Positions 9,842 to 18,924 of a DNA stretch of 64,000 bases are shown in pieces. The stretch spans positions 576,459-640,458 of the forward strand of contig PGZM01000002.1 of NCBI GenBank assembly GCA_002841395.1, in the 5' to 3' direction. The translations under genes and the position numbers were made by a program. Positions within the stretch are counted from its first letter, which is position 1. Every line of letters starts with the position of its first letter. Source of the stretch: Firmicutes bacterium HGW-Firmicutes-9. GTDB taxonomy: Bacteria; Bacillota; Clostridia; Christensenellales; CAG-138. Under the pieces are notes generated by a model. It saw only the letters and a program-made list of their open reading frames with translations. It searched no databases and was not told where the DNA came from.

Positions 9842-11131
9842 TTAATCAAGATGGAACGTTGTTTTCAGCGCTTGTATCTCGGTATCGTTGAGCAAAATGA
9901 CTTTTCCTGCATCCTGCGCGGTCAGGATCGAGGCGGCGGTTGCCTCCGCAACCTCAAGACGGTCGAGCGCGGTGAACAACGAGTTGCCCGTCGTTACGAT
10001 TCTTGCGTTCTCAAACAGCACGACAGGCGTTTTCTCGGAGAATCGACTTGCTGCCGTATCCGGCGAAGAGATGAACTCGTCAAACGGCGCGGTCGGCACC
10101 GAGCGAAGCATATAGTAACTCTCCGGCACGGTAGAGGTCTCAAACCGTTGGTTCGCGCTTGCGTATGCCGCGACATGCGCCGGAGTCGCGGAGAAGATCG
10201 CGTTGATTTCAGGATGCTTGTCGTAGATTGCCGCATGCAGCGCAAGCTCTTTTGCCGGGTGCTTGCCTGCCTTTATCTCGCCACTTTTTACGAACACAAG
10301 ATCGTTCTCTTCCAATAGGTCGTTGTCCATGCCATCCGGCGTGATCAGAAACGATGTTTCGTCCACGCGCGTGCTGCAAACGCCGACGGCTCCGAATACA
10401 AGCGCATGTTCGCAACCGCGATGGAGCTTTTGCACCATCTCTTTTCGCAGAGCGTTCTCAACCTCACCCGCTTCATACGTTAGGAGTACACTAGTATCAG
10501 GCGCACGACGGGATTCCCACAACGTGAGCTGCTCTGCAGTCAACGCGCGCGGCGTACCGATCTTGCGCGAGAGCAAGTCCAACTTGGCCGCAAACTCGAT
10601 CGTCTCAAAGAGTTGATACGCTTCCAGCAGATTCTTTCCGCCTACACATACGCCGTGGTTCTCCAGAAACACGACATCCGCGCCCTTGGAGAACTCCGCA
10701 AACATGTTCTCGCCGAGCTCCGGGCTGCCCATCATCGCGTATTTGGATAACCGCATATGCTTGCAAGCTGCGAGCGTATCCGGTAATAGATCAATCCGAG
10801 GAAGCGTTCTCGTCAGTGAAAATGCGATGCAATATACGGGATGTGCGTGCACCACAGCGCGAAAATCCGGGCGCGCGCGATAGGTCGCCCGATGAAAAAA
10901 TATCTCACTCGACGGCGCATGTTTGCCCTCATACGACCCATCGGGGTGAACGCAAACGATGTCCTCAGCGGTCAGGCTGCCTTTGTCGTAACCTTTCGGC
11001 GTGATCCAAATATCGCCGTGGTCGTCCATCATGGAGATGTTACCGCCGGTTGCCGTAGTCAGCCCGCGGTCGTAAACGCGGCGCATCACGGATGCAATCT
11101 GTTCGGCCGGGGTAAGTGCAAAGAATTTCAT
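9842..11131 (-). CDS. Class II aldolase/adducin family protein with two tandem domains
   Basis: GGNIS, PSSEIFFH, VVHAHP and ENHG in the N-domain; a degenerate second copy in the C-half. Confidence 0.85.
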   Translation of the reverse strand: MKFFALTPAEQIASVMRRVYDRGLTTATGGNISMMDDHGDIWITPKGYDKGSLTAEDIVCVHPDGSYEGKHAPSSEIFFHRATYRARPDFRAVVHAHPVYCIAFSLTRTLPRIDLLPDTLAACKHMRLSKYAMMGSPELGENMFAEFSKGADVVFLENHGVCVGGKNLLEAYQLFETIEFAAKLDLLSRKIGTPRALTAEQLTLWESRRAPDTSVLLTYEAGEVENALRKEMVQKLHRGCEHALVFGAVGVCSTRVDETSFLITPDGMDNDLLEENDLVFVKSGEIKAGKHPAKELALHAAIYDKHPEINAIFSATPAHVAAYASANQRFETSTVPESYYMLRSVPTAPFDEFISSPDTAASRFSEKTPVVLFENARIVTTGNSLFTALDRLEVAEATAASILTAQDAGKVILLNDTEIQALKTTFHLD

Positions 11132-11310
11132 ATCAATCGTAGTCGCTTTCTGTGAGATTTAAACAAGAACTTGTTCGATTATATCACGCGAGAATCGACT
11201 TGTCGCATACTGCATCAATGTTGTTTGGGTATCGAATGATTCGCTTTTTTCCGCGTGATATTTTCTGCCGATATTTCGTATGATTTCGTCGCAAACAGAC
11301 GTCTGCACTG

Positions 11311-11339
11311 TTGACATTTTCACGGCCAAATGCTATCAT
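11311..11339 (+). promoter_or_regulatory. Sigma-A promoter of tRNA-Pro
   Basis: TTGACA-17 nt-TATCAT with TG extension. Confidence 0.8.
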
Positions 11340-11351
11340 AAACAACGCCGT

Positions 11352-11428
11352 CTGGGTGTAGCGCAGCTTGGTAGCGTGCTTGACTGGGGGTCAAGAGGTC
11401 GCAGGTTCAAATCCTGTCACCCAGACCA
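11352..11428 (+). tRNA. tRNA-Pro(GGG)
   Basis: Cloverleaf; anticodon arm CTTGA-CT-GGG-GG-TCAAG; GTTCAAATC T-loop; encoded CCA. Confidence 0.97.
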
Positions 11429-11436
11429 AAAGAGAG

Positions 11437-11466
11437 ACAGGACTTCGTTTGAAGTCCTGTTTTTTT
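11437..11466 (+). terminator. Terminator after tRNA-Pro
   Basis: ACAGGACTTC-GTTT-GAAGTCCTGT followed by a T-run. Confidence 0.85.
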
Positions 11467-11585
11467 GTTTACATATGTTCAAATTATAAATCGCATACAA
11501 TCAGTACTTGACTATCTATTTGATTGCGCTACACTAGTGGTGGCGCATTTTTATTGAATGCGATTAATTCGATGGGGGATTACAT

Positions 11586-12005
11586 ATGGAAAACATTGTT
11601 GTAGAGCTGAAGCGTACAAAGGGGAACGTGCACTTCGAGGCAGTCAGCGCGGATCATCCCGCGATTACCGTTCCGTTCGACTATACCCCGCCGCTTGGAA
11701 CCGGCGATGGCCTTGCAGGGCTGGAGGCGTTGGTGATGACATTCTCCGGTTGCGTCAGCACCGCAGTCGTTGGTCTTCTCATGCGGCTCGGCAAACACGT
11801 TGACGGCTACTCTGTCCGCGCAGAAGGCGAACGCAACGAGCAGCCGCTCTCGCTTCGGAAGATTCTGTTTCACGTGCAGGTGACATCCAGCGATGTAACC
11901 AGCGAGGACATGGAAAAAGTGCTTCAGCACGCCGAGGCGATCTCCCCTGTCTGGATCGCGATCAAAGGGAACGTCGCGGTCGAAACGTCATATCAGATCA
12001 GTTGA
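11586..12005 (+). CDS. OsmC/YhfA-family protein
   Basis: 139 aa; LEALVMTFSGC motif; the second Cys position reads ISPV instead of CPV. Confidence 0.75.
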   Translation: MENIVVELKRTKGNVHFEAVSADHPAITVPFDYTPPLGTGDGLAGLEALVMTFSGCVSTAVVGLLMRLGKHVDGYSVRAEGERNEQPLSLRKILFHVQVTSSDVTSEDMEKVLQHAEAISPVWIAIKGNVAVETSYQIS

Positions 12006-12046
12006 AGTAGCTTGTTCTGCTACAACCTAGTAACGCTTCGATAGAC

Positions 12047-12075
12047 AAAGGGAACCCCGAATGGAGTTCCCTTTT
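12047..12075. terminator. Bidirectional terminator
   Basis: AAAGGGAAC...GTTCCCTTTT. Confidence 0.75.
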
Positions 12076-12084
12076 GCTTTTCGC

Positions 12085-12906
12085 TTAAGAAATTTTTCTG
12101 ACAGGAACCTGCAGCTCTGTCAGCCATTTCTCCGGATTCGACTCGTCATCCGGCGAGGTGATCACGTGCCCGCGCAGATTGCCCGCAAAGGCATATCCGT
12201 TCTCCTCCATCCAGTGGGCAAGCTTCTCTCCCGCCGCGTCGTATCCGCCGTCAAACGGCCCGGAAAACCGCAGCGTTGCCGCCAGCGCAACCGCGGGATA
12301 TTCCTGATAGACAAACTCGCCTCTGCTCTCGCCCAGTGAGTCCACGGGAATCGCTATTTCCACATCCGGGTTCGAATCCATGTATGCTTCATCAAAATAG
12401 GTCGAATATCCGTCGCTATGGCAGACAATGCCGTTCTGTGCGATATAACCCGCGAGCTTCTCCCAGAGGATTCCTTCCTGATTGTAATGCGGAATGATGC
12501 CGCGCAGCGAGAGCACCTTTACCGCGTCCAGTTTTTTGAGTTCCACTTCATACAGCATAATCGTTTGTTCCTTTCGCAGTTCACCGCTCATTTGCATGAG
12601 CTTTGTCAGGCGCGTGTGATTCTGCTCCAGCGTTTCACGAATCTCCTTCGCTTTCTCACGCAACGCCTCGTCCAGAAAGGCTTTGTCATCAAATCGAGGC
12701 AAAATCTCCCCAATTCTCTCAACCGAGAACCCGACATCCCGCAATAGCGCGATACGACCGATCTGCGGGATTTGATCCGCGGAATATTGGCGGTATCCCG
12801 TAAACGGGTCCGTCGACGCGGGAGATATCAGGCCGCACTTCTCGTAGTGACGCAGCATGCGCGGCGAGACGCGAACGAGTTGAGAGAATTCCCCGATTTT
12901 GAACAT
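12085..12906 (-). CDS. MerR-family regulator with C-terminal GyrI-like domain (BmrR-like)
   Basis: MFKIGEFS..VSPRMLRHYEKCGLI..TGYRQY HTH; C-terminal TELQVPV; AGGAGG RBS. Confidence 0.9.
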   Translation of the reverse strand: MFKIGEFSQLVRVSPRMLRHYEKCGLISPASTDPFTGYRQYSADQIPQIGRIALLRDVGFSVERIGEILPRFDDKAFLDEALREKAKEIRETLEQNHTRLTKLMQMSGELRKEQTIMLYEVELKKLDAVKVLSLRGIIPHYNQEGILWEKLAGYIAQNGIVCHSDGYSTYFDEAYMDSNPDVEIAIPVDSLGESRGEFVYQEYPAVALAATLRFSGPFDGGYDAAGEKLAHWMEENGYAFAGNLRGHVITSPDDESNPEKWLTELQVPVRKIS

Positions 12907-12946
12907 AGCCCCTCCTGTGTTTCCTGCAAATCCGGATTGCACCATC

Positions 12947-12978
12947 ATCATAAACCTTGACATCATGGCAAAGTCAAG
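12947..12978 (-). promoter_or_regulatory. MerR-type promoter with 19-bp spacer and dyad operator
   Basis: Minus strand TTGACT-19 nt-TATGAT; dyad CTTGAC-N11-GTCAAG. Confidence 0.8.
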
Positions 12979-13018
12979 CCTCACAGGCGTGATCACATAA
13001 AAATATATCTTCATCGTA

Positions 13019-13077
13019 TATTGACTCGTCAGTCAATACGATGTATTCTGTACTTGTAAATTGACTCACCAGTCAAT
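13019..13077. promoter_or_regulatory. Two TetR-type palindromic operators
   Basis: TATTGACTcgtcAGTCAATA (13019-13038) and ATTGACTcaccAGTCAAT (13060-13077) upstream of the TetR gene. Confidence 0.8.
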
Positions 13078-13089
13078 CAAGGAGACGAT

Positions 13090-13731
13090 ATGATGGATCA
13101 ACTGGTTAAACTATCGCCGGAGAAACGGAATGTCATCCTGCAGGCAGGCATAGACGAGTTTTCACAACGCGCGTTTACAGACGCAAATACGGACGTCATT
13201 ACGCTTGCAGCGGGTATCTCAAAGGGTCTTCTATTCCACTATTTCGGCTCAAAAAAAACGTTTTACCTCTATTGCCTTGATGTTTCGTTGCAACGTCTAG
13301 TGGCAAACTCCCCCGTCTCCGCAGGTACGGATTTCTTTGATATTCTGTTTCAGATGATGGATGAGAAAATTCGTCTCTGCCGCGACTTCCCGAAGGAGAC
13401 GTTGATGGTCAACCTCGCCGCGCGCGACGCCTCCGCCGCCATTCACGCAGAAAAACTGGCGCTATTCGCCCGATATTCCGCGGAAACCACCAAGGTATCG
13501 CGGCAGTTGCTCAGCCGCGCGATTGCGATATTGCCGCTCAAGCAACCGAACAATCCGAAGCTACAAGATGCACTAATGCTCTATATCAGCGCAATCAATC
13601 AAAAGTATCTGTTGCAATATCGCGAAACCCCGCAGCTGTTTTTCGATCATGCGCTTGAAATTCAGCTCGAAATGCGAACTTACATAAACTTCATGCTGGA
13701 AGGGATCGTCAGTCAGGAGGCAGAACTGTGA
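13090..13731 (+). CDS. TetR/AcrR-family transcriptional regulator
   Basis: AAGISKGLLFHYFGSK HTH. Confidence 0.9.
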   Translation: MMDQLVKLSPEKRNVILQAGIDEFSQRAFTDANTDVITLAAGISKGLLFHYFGSKKTFYLYCLDVSLQRLVANSPVSAGTDFFDILFQMMDEKIRLCRDFPKETLMVNLAARDASAAIHAEKLALFARYSAETTKVSRQLLSRAIAILPLKQPNNPKLQDALMLYISAINQKYLLQYRETPQLFFDHALEIQLEMRTYINFMLEGIVSQEAEL

Positions 13732-15110
13732 AAAAGTTACAAAAGCCGAACATCGGCTTACTCAAGGGCGTGTTCCTCTGTACGCGTTATCAAAAGATGG
13801 ATCACGCCGCGCGACTTACTGTTCAGCAGCAACGGCTCCGCGCGATTGTGAACTATGCGCGAGAAAACAGCCCCTATTACGCGGAACTGTACCGGAATGT
13901 CCCCGAGCACTGGTCATTTTCCGGCCTGCCTCCGGTCAACAAGCGAGATTTGATGGAACATTTTGACGAGTGGGTTACCGATCAAAGCATCAAGCTAACG
14001 GATATCCAAGCGTTCATGCAGGACCTTGACAACGTCGGGCGAAAATTCCGAAATCGTTGGCTTGTCTTCTCAACCAGCGGTTCGACGGGAAATCCGCTGA
14101 TCGCGCTTGCGGACAACACCACCAACAGCATCATGGGAGCGATCAACACAACGCGCGCATTCGCGCAAAAGGATACACTGAAGAAGTTATTCGCGCGCGG
14201 CGGCAAATCCATCGGCGTGTTTGCAACGGGCGGGTTCTATCTTTCCAACGGCTCCATTCGCTCCAGACTGCTTGCGATGCCGTGGAAAAAGCGGCAGATG
14301 GCGCTCAGCAGTGCGCTGCTTCCGATTCCGGAAATCGTGGCACAACTAAATTCGTTTCAGCCGGCCATGCTCGGCGGATATCCCTCGCACTTGGATCTGT
14401 TGGTCGCGGAACGGGAAAGCGGCAGGCTGCATATCTCTCCCGTTGTGATCATGACCGGCGGAGAGTACCTGTCTGACGACGTCCGAAGCCGTCTTTCCGC
14501 TGCTTTCCACTGCCCCGTGCAAACAAATTACTCCTGCACAGAGGGCGGTACGATCGCAAACGAATGCGCGGAAGGTCATCTTCACATCAACGAGGATTGG
14601 GTTATCGTGGAGCCAACTGACAACGAAAACAATCCAGTGCCCGACGGCAAACGAGCGGATAAAATACTCCTAACGAATCTCTTCAACTATACGCAGCCGT
14701 TCATTCGTTATGAGGTGACCGACCGCGTAATCCGTCACGGCGAACCTTGTCCCTGCGGCAATCCGTCGCCCTGGCTGTCCCTTGAGGGGCGCAACGACGA
14801 TGTGCTTTTGCTCGAAGGTATCGACGGCACAGTAAAAATCGCGCCGCTATCCGTGTATGCGGTGCTCAAGGAGATTCACAACATCCGCAGATTCCAGCTG
14901 CTCTGTCACTCGAACAATCATCTGGAGCTGCGCCTGGAATCGGCAGAGGGCGAGAACAGAGCGTTGATCTTCAAACAAGCAGAGAATGCTCTTTTGAACT
15001 ATCTCGCCACGCAGAATGTTCTGAACGTTACCATAACGATGTCAGACGAGCTGCCAAAACAGCACGAGAAGAGCGGCAAATTCAAGCACATTTTGAACCT
15101 CAATGACTGA
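13728..15110 (+). CDS. Phenylacetate--CoA ligase (PaaK)-like adenylate-forming enzyme
   Basis: STSGSTGNP, YSCTE, PFIRYEVTD, GRNDD and SGKFK motifs; GTG overlaps the TetR stop. Confidence 0.85.
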   Translation: MKKLQKPNIGLLKGVFLCTRYQKMDHAARLTVQQQRLRAIVNYARENSPYYAELYRNVPEHWSFSGLPPVNKRDLMEHFDEWVTDQSIKLTDIQAFMQDLDNVGRKFRNRWLVFSTSGSTGNPLIALADNTTNSIMGAINTTRAFAQKDTLKKLFARGGKSIGVFATGGFYLSNGSIRSRLLAMPWKKRQMALSSALLPIPEIVAQLNSFQPAMLGGYPSHLDLLVAERESGRLHISPVVIMTGGEYLSDDVRSRLSAAFHCPVQTNYSCTEGGTIANECAEGHLHINEDWVIVEPTDNENNPVPDGKRADKILLTNLFNYTQPFIRYEVTDRVIRHGEPCPCGNPSPWLSLEGRNDDVLLLEGIDGTVKIAPLSVYAVLKEIHNIRRFQLLCHSNNHLELRLESAEGENRALIFKQAENALLNYLATQNVLNVTITMSDELPKQHEKSGKFKHILNLND

Positions 15111-15181
15111 CGCAACCCTGTTCATCGCTCGAATCGCGTGGTATGATCGAAACAAGTAACAATATTTCACCGGAGGACATC

Positions 15182-15856
15182 ATGGAACAGAAATCCCGCA
15201 ATGAACAAATACTCGACGTGTTTCGCTTCCGTCATGCCTGCAAAAAATATGACGCGAGCAGATCAGTATCCGAAGAAGATTTTGCCACCATTCTGGAGTC
15301 CGCGCAGCTCTCCCCTTCGTCCTTCGGATTCGAGCCCTGGAAACTCGTCGTGCTGTCGGATGAATCACTCAAACTAAAGCTCTATCCGCTTGCCTGGGGC
15401 GCACAGAACAGCCTCGATGGCGCGAGCCGCTTTGTCATCCTTCTTGCGAGAAAGAAGCCGGATATGCTGCACTCCTCCGATTTTATCACGCATATCATGC
15501 GCGATATCCAGCATAATCCGCCGGAGGTTGCAGCGCAGAGGCGCGAAAAATATCGCACGTTTCAGGAGCAGGATTTCGCTCTGCTCGAGAGTGACCGTGC
15601 GATCTTTGACTGGGCTGGGAAGCAAACCTATATTGCGCTGGCAAATATGATGACGACCGCGGCCTTCCTTGGCATCGATTCCTGTCCGATTGAGGGGTTT
15701 CAGAGACGCGAGGTGGACGAGCTGCTGTCGCAGGAGGGTGTATTTGATCCGGAGCAATTTGGCGTATCTGTGATGGTATCCTTTGGCTACCGTGCGGCAG
15801 AGCCGCATCGCGCAAAAACACGTCAGCCACTGGAGGATATCCTGATTTACAGATGA
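15182..15856 (+). CDS. Nitroreductase / NAD(P)H-dependent flavin oxidoreductase
   Basis: RHACKKYD, LSPSSFGFEPW and GIDSCPIEGF; GGAGG RBS. Confidence 0.9.
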   Translation: MEQKSRNEQILDVFRFRHACKKYDASRSVSEEDFATILESAQLSPSSFGFEPWKLVVLSDESLKLKLYPLAWGAQNSLDGASRFVILLARKKPDMLHSSDFITHIMRDIQHNPPEVAAQRREKYRTFQEQDFALLESDRAIFDWAGKQTYIALANMMTTAAFLGIDSCPIEGFQRREVDELLSQEGVFDPEQFGVSVMVSFGYRAAEPHRAKTRQPLEDILIYR

Positions 15857-15866
15857 ACATTTCATC

Positions 15867-15895
15867 AAAAAGAGAGCCTGACTGGCTCTCTTTTT
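15867..15895. terminator. Bidirectional terminator
   Basis: AAAAAGAGAGCC-TGACT-GGCTCTCTTTTT. Confidence 0.85.
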
Positions 15896-15915
15896 AATGT
15901 TAATTGCTTTTCTTG

Positions 15916-16608
15916 TCAACCAAACGACGGCTTCCCGAGATCCGCCTGATTGCTATAGCCTCGCTGCTCCCAATATCCCTGATAGCTCTCATCCGAGGAT
16001 AGCTCAATGCGACTGACCCAGCGCGCCCATTTATAGCCCCACTTGTCCTCTGCGACAAAGATGAATGGATAGCCCATTTCAGCGGGAAGTGCAATACCGT
16101 TTGCATTATACGCAAGAATCAGGTTCCCGTCGAGAATCTCCTGCAACGGCAGCGATGTTGTGTAGCCGTCAACCGCATGAAAGATGATGGTGTTTACCTC
16201 CGCTTGCGGTTTCGACGCCGCAATCAAGGACTCCATGGTGACACCCTGCCAGACAATGTTTGCGTTCCACCCTTCCACGCAATACAGACGAATCAGCCGG
16301 TCTTCGCTCGGCATCGCAAGCACGTCATCATAGGTGTATGTTTGCGGCGCATCCGCGAGACCATCGACTGTGAGCGAGTATGTCGCGATATCAACCTGCT
16401 GTATTCCTTTGATGGAGTTGTCACGCGGACCGACCGCCGGGTCAAGCTTCTCGCCGTTATACTCCATCCATTCACCATCGCGATAACGCTCCATTGTCGC
16501 CGCGGATATTCCATCCGGCACGGCTGGTTCCTGCACAGGTGGCGTCTTCACTGCACATCCGGAGAGGAGCAGAAAACCAATCAATAATAAAACGAAGAAT
16601 CTCTTCAC
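15916..16608 (-). CDS. Molybdopterin-dependent oxidoreductase (sulfite oxidase/MsrP-like Moco domain), predicted lipoprotein
   Basis: LYCVEGW, DGYTTSL, GYKWARWV and GYWEQRGY; lipobox LSGC; GTG start after AGGAG (the ORF track over-extends to 17205). Confidence 0.8.
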   Translation of the reverse strand: MKRFFVLLLIGFLLLSGCAVKTPPVQEPAVPDGISAATMERYRDGEWMEYNGEKLDPAVGPRDNSIKGIQQVDIATYSLTVDGLADAPQTYTYDDVLAMPSEDRLIRLYCVEGWNANIVWQGVTMESLIAASKPQAEVNTIIFHAVDGYTTSLPLQEILDGNLILAYNANGIALPAEMGYPFIFVAEDKWGYKWARWVSRIELSSDESYQGYWEQRGYSNQADLGKPSFG

Positions 16609-16770
16609 GCGTGTTCTCCTTCTCTTGTTTCTTGATGACAGTATATCACGGAATTTGTGATAGAATACTTGTATCAGATTCAATAAAACCACGTTACCTT
16701 GTTCTGAGTATTTTCGCAAGCGACGCTTGTCTTTGTATCCGTAAAAATGCACTTCAAAGGAGTTCCATTT

Positions 16771-17157
16771 ATGATCGAGGGAATTCAGCTGGGAAATTTG
16801 ATGATCGACTGCTCCGACGAGAATCGGCTCTGTTCTTTTTATGAGTCTCTGCTTGGCTGGAAACGAAGCATGCTCTTTGGCAGACCGGCGTTGACGAGCG
16901 ATAATGGCCTGATCTTCTTGTTTCAGGAGGAAAGCGATTATGTCTCTCCCATTTGGCCTGAGGAGCCGGGACACCAGCAAAAGCAGATTCATTTTGATTT
17001 TCAGGTGCCAAGTGTGCGCCTCGCGGTAGACGAAGCAATCCGGTTGGGCGCGCGCCGCGCCGAAGCTCAATTTGGCGACGAAATCGAGGAATTCGTCACC
17101 ATGTTTGATCCGGACGGGCACCCGTTTTGCCTCTGCGCAAGCAGCAATAAAGGATAA
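16771..17157 (+). CDS. VOC/glyoxalase-like family protein
   Basis: IDC..FYESLLGW, HFDFQV and DPDGHPFCL; AAGGAG RBS. Confidence 0.85.
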   Translation: MIEGIQLGNLMIDCSDENRLCSFYESLLGWKRSMLFGRPALTSDNGLIFLFQEESDYVSPIWPEEPGHQQKQIHFDFQVPSVRLAVDEAIRLGARRAEAQFGDEIEEFVTMFDPDGHPFCLCASSNKG

Positions 17158-17214
17158 CATGCACAAATCAAAAAACGCAGCAGTTGCTGCGTTTTTGTTG
17201 TACACATATTCCGG

Positions 17215-17640
17215 TTATTCTTTGATCGCAATCGCGGCTCTTCGAACAAAGATCAAAAGCGCTAGAATACTGGAACCCAGCAGGATGTGCCCGATGCCGG
17301 ACATACCGGAGAGCGAGCCGTTCAGCGCGGGTGACAACACCGTCTCCGTCGCCTGTGCAAGACCGCGCAAAAACAGGCATGCTGTTGCAATGTTCAGGCC
17401 GATGTGATACACCGTCACCCAACCTTTGATGCCCTTTTGCGCAGAGAACGCAAACGCCCGCTCTAAAAGTGCAAGCGCGAGGAAGAAAAACATGCCCAGC
17501 ATGAAATAGTGCGTGTGTAAAAACGCGAGGTTTGTTTTGCCGGTAAACGCCGTGTATTTCGTAAACTCCCGATAAAATACGCCGCAAGCCAGCGCGAGGC
17601 TCGCGTAAACAATCGCCGCGTTAAAATATCGCTTGATCAT
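17215..17640 (-). CDS. DUF2871-like membrane protein
   Basis: GVFYREFTK, HTHYFMLG and GIGHILLG; about 4 TM helices. Confidence 0.75.
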   Translation of the reverse strand: MIKRYFNAAIVYASLALACGVFYREFTKYTAFTGKTNLAFLHTHYFMLGMFFFLALALLERAFAFSAQKGIKGWVTVYHIGLNIATACLFLRGLAQATETVLSPALNGSLSGMSGIGHILLGSSILALLIFVRRAAIAIKE

Positions 17641-17666
17641 CTGTTTGCTCCTTATTGATTCTGTCT

Positions 17667-18344
17667 TCAGGCGTTTTCACGCTTTGTCTGCCGGTAAAGG
17701 TTCAAACCCATCACGACAACCCAAACGTAAGCAAGCGTCTTGGGAATCATCAGCATGCCGATCATCGGAATTTGCTCCGCAAAGAGTACCACGGGAAGAT
17801 AGAATAGAAACGAGAGCGTAATTGCAAGCCACATGAAACGGAACACGCGGTCATTTGCGCGCTTCGCCTCCTGCGCGAACAGTACGATCAGCAAGATGCC
17901 CATGATCGCAAACGGAATGTTGCGCAAAATTCCCCAAAGCAGGGGTTGCTGATAGCTCAGCCACTGGTTCTGCGGGAAAGCGCAAAGCGCAATGCGCGCA
18001 ATCGCTAATCCCCACATCGTTATGGTCAGTCCTTTTCTCTCCTGAATCACGTAGCGTTCCCGCCAGATGTAATAGAGAATCAGGTAGAAAATCGTCATCG
18101 TTATAGATGTAATCAGTTTGCCGATGCCCAATGCCGCCGCATTTGCTTCCAACCCCGTCGTCCAGAGGGAATACGCGCGCGGAACAAGATGAAATGCGTC
18201 ACCTGCACCAAGGACGATTGCCATGATGCCAAATTTACGTACGAGAGAGCCTTTCTCGCCTTTCCTGAATAGTAAAATCCCGATGATGATTGCAAATGCC
18301 AAATAACATACGTCAAAAATCGTTTCTGCCAATGCTTGTGCCAT
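17667..18344 (-). CDS. Conserved hypothetical multi-pass membrane protein
   Basis: About 7 hydrophobic segments; GAGDAFHLVPR, RNIPF and MIPKT. Confidence 0.7.
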   Translation of the reverse strand: MAQALAETIFDVCYLAFAIIIGILLFRKGEKGSLVRKFGIMAIVLGAGDAFHLVPRAYSLWTTGLEANAAALGIGKLITSITMTIFYLILYYIWRERYVIQERKGLTITMWGLAIARIALCAFPQNQWLSYQQPLLWGILRNIPFAIMGILLIVLFAQEAKRANDRVFRFMWLAITLSFLFYLPVVLFAEQIPMIGMLMIPKTLAYVWVVVMGLNLYRQTKRENA

Positions 18345-18355
18345 AATTGTTCTCC

Positions 18356-18904
18356 TTAATATAGAATTCGTTCGATGATCGTAATAAACGTGTCTGCCCT
18401 TGTCTGCCTCTGCTGTAATAGCGTTACAACCTGAGACAGAACAAAGTCGGCAAAGGATTCCATCGTGAGCGTGTCATCCCAAACATCCGATCGAATGAAG
18501 TGATCCTGCTTGAGCCGTTCGACCATCGCCTGATGCAGCACACGCTGCGTTGCCGCCATTCGAGCGCGTCCGCCCGCTCCGTCGTCACGTAGATTCTTCA
18601 TCAGAATCTCCGCCCGCTCTGTCATCTTGCCGCGTAGATACGTGATGATCTGCTGGATTTGTTCCGAGAAGCGTTCGGACGTGAGTTCGCTGCTCATATC
18701 ACTCAGCGCAGTCGTCCAGAAATCCTCCGTAAGCGCAAACAATACTTCCTGCTTGCTTTCAAAATAGTTATAGACCGTCCCGACCGATATATTCGCTTCC
18801 GCGGCAAGTCGGCGGATGTTGATTGCATCCATGCCCTCTTTTTGTTCAATTTGATTTGCGCAGTCGATCAGTTTGCTGCGCAGTTTGCAGTCCTTCTTCC
18901 GCAA
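18356..18904 (-). CDS. TetR/AcrR-family regulator
   Basis: INIRRLAAEANISVGTVYNYFESK HTH; TTG start after GGAGG. Confidence 0.85.
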   Translation of the reverse strand: MRKKDCKLRSKLIDCANQIEQKEGMDAINIRRLAAEANISVGTVYNYFESKQEVLFALTEDFWTTALSDMSSELTSERFSEQIQQIITYLRGKMTERAEILMKNLRDDGAGGRARMAATQRVLHQAMVERLKQDHFIRSDVWDDTLTMESFADFVLSQVVTLLQQRQTRADTFITIIERILY

Positions 18905-18924
18905 GTTAGTAAGCCTCCGTAATA

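Noticed and set aside
11280-11489. Short ORFs overlapping tRNA-Pro, tRNA-Ser and rnpB
   Set aside because: They coincide with well-formed structural RNA genes.
15916-17205. 429-aa ORF as a single protein
   Set aside because: The N-terminal ~200 codons are antisense to the VOC gene and intergenic DNA; an RBS and signal peptide place the start at 16608.
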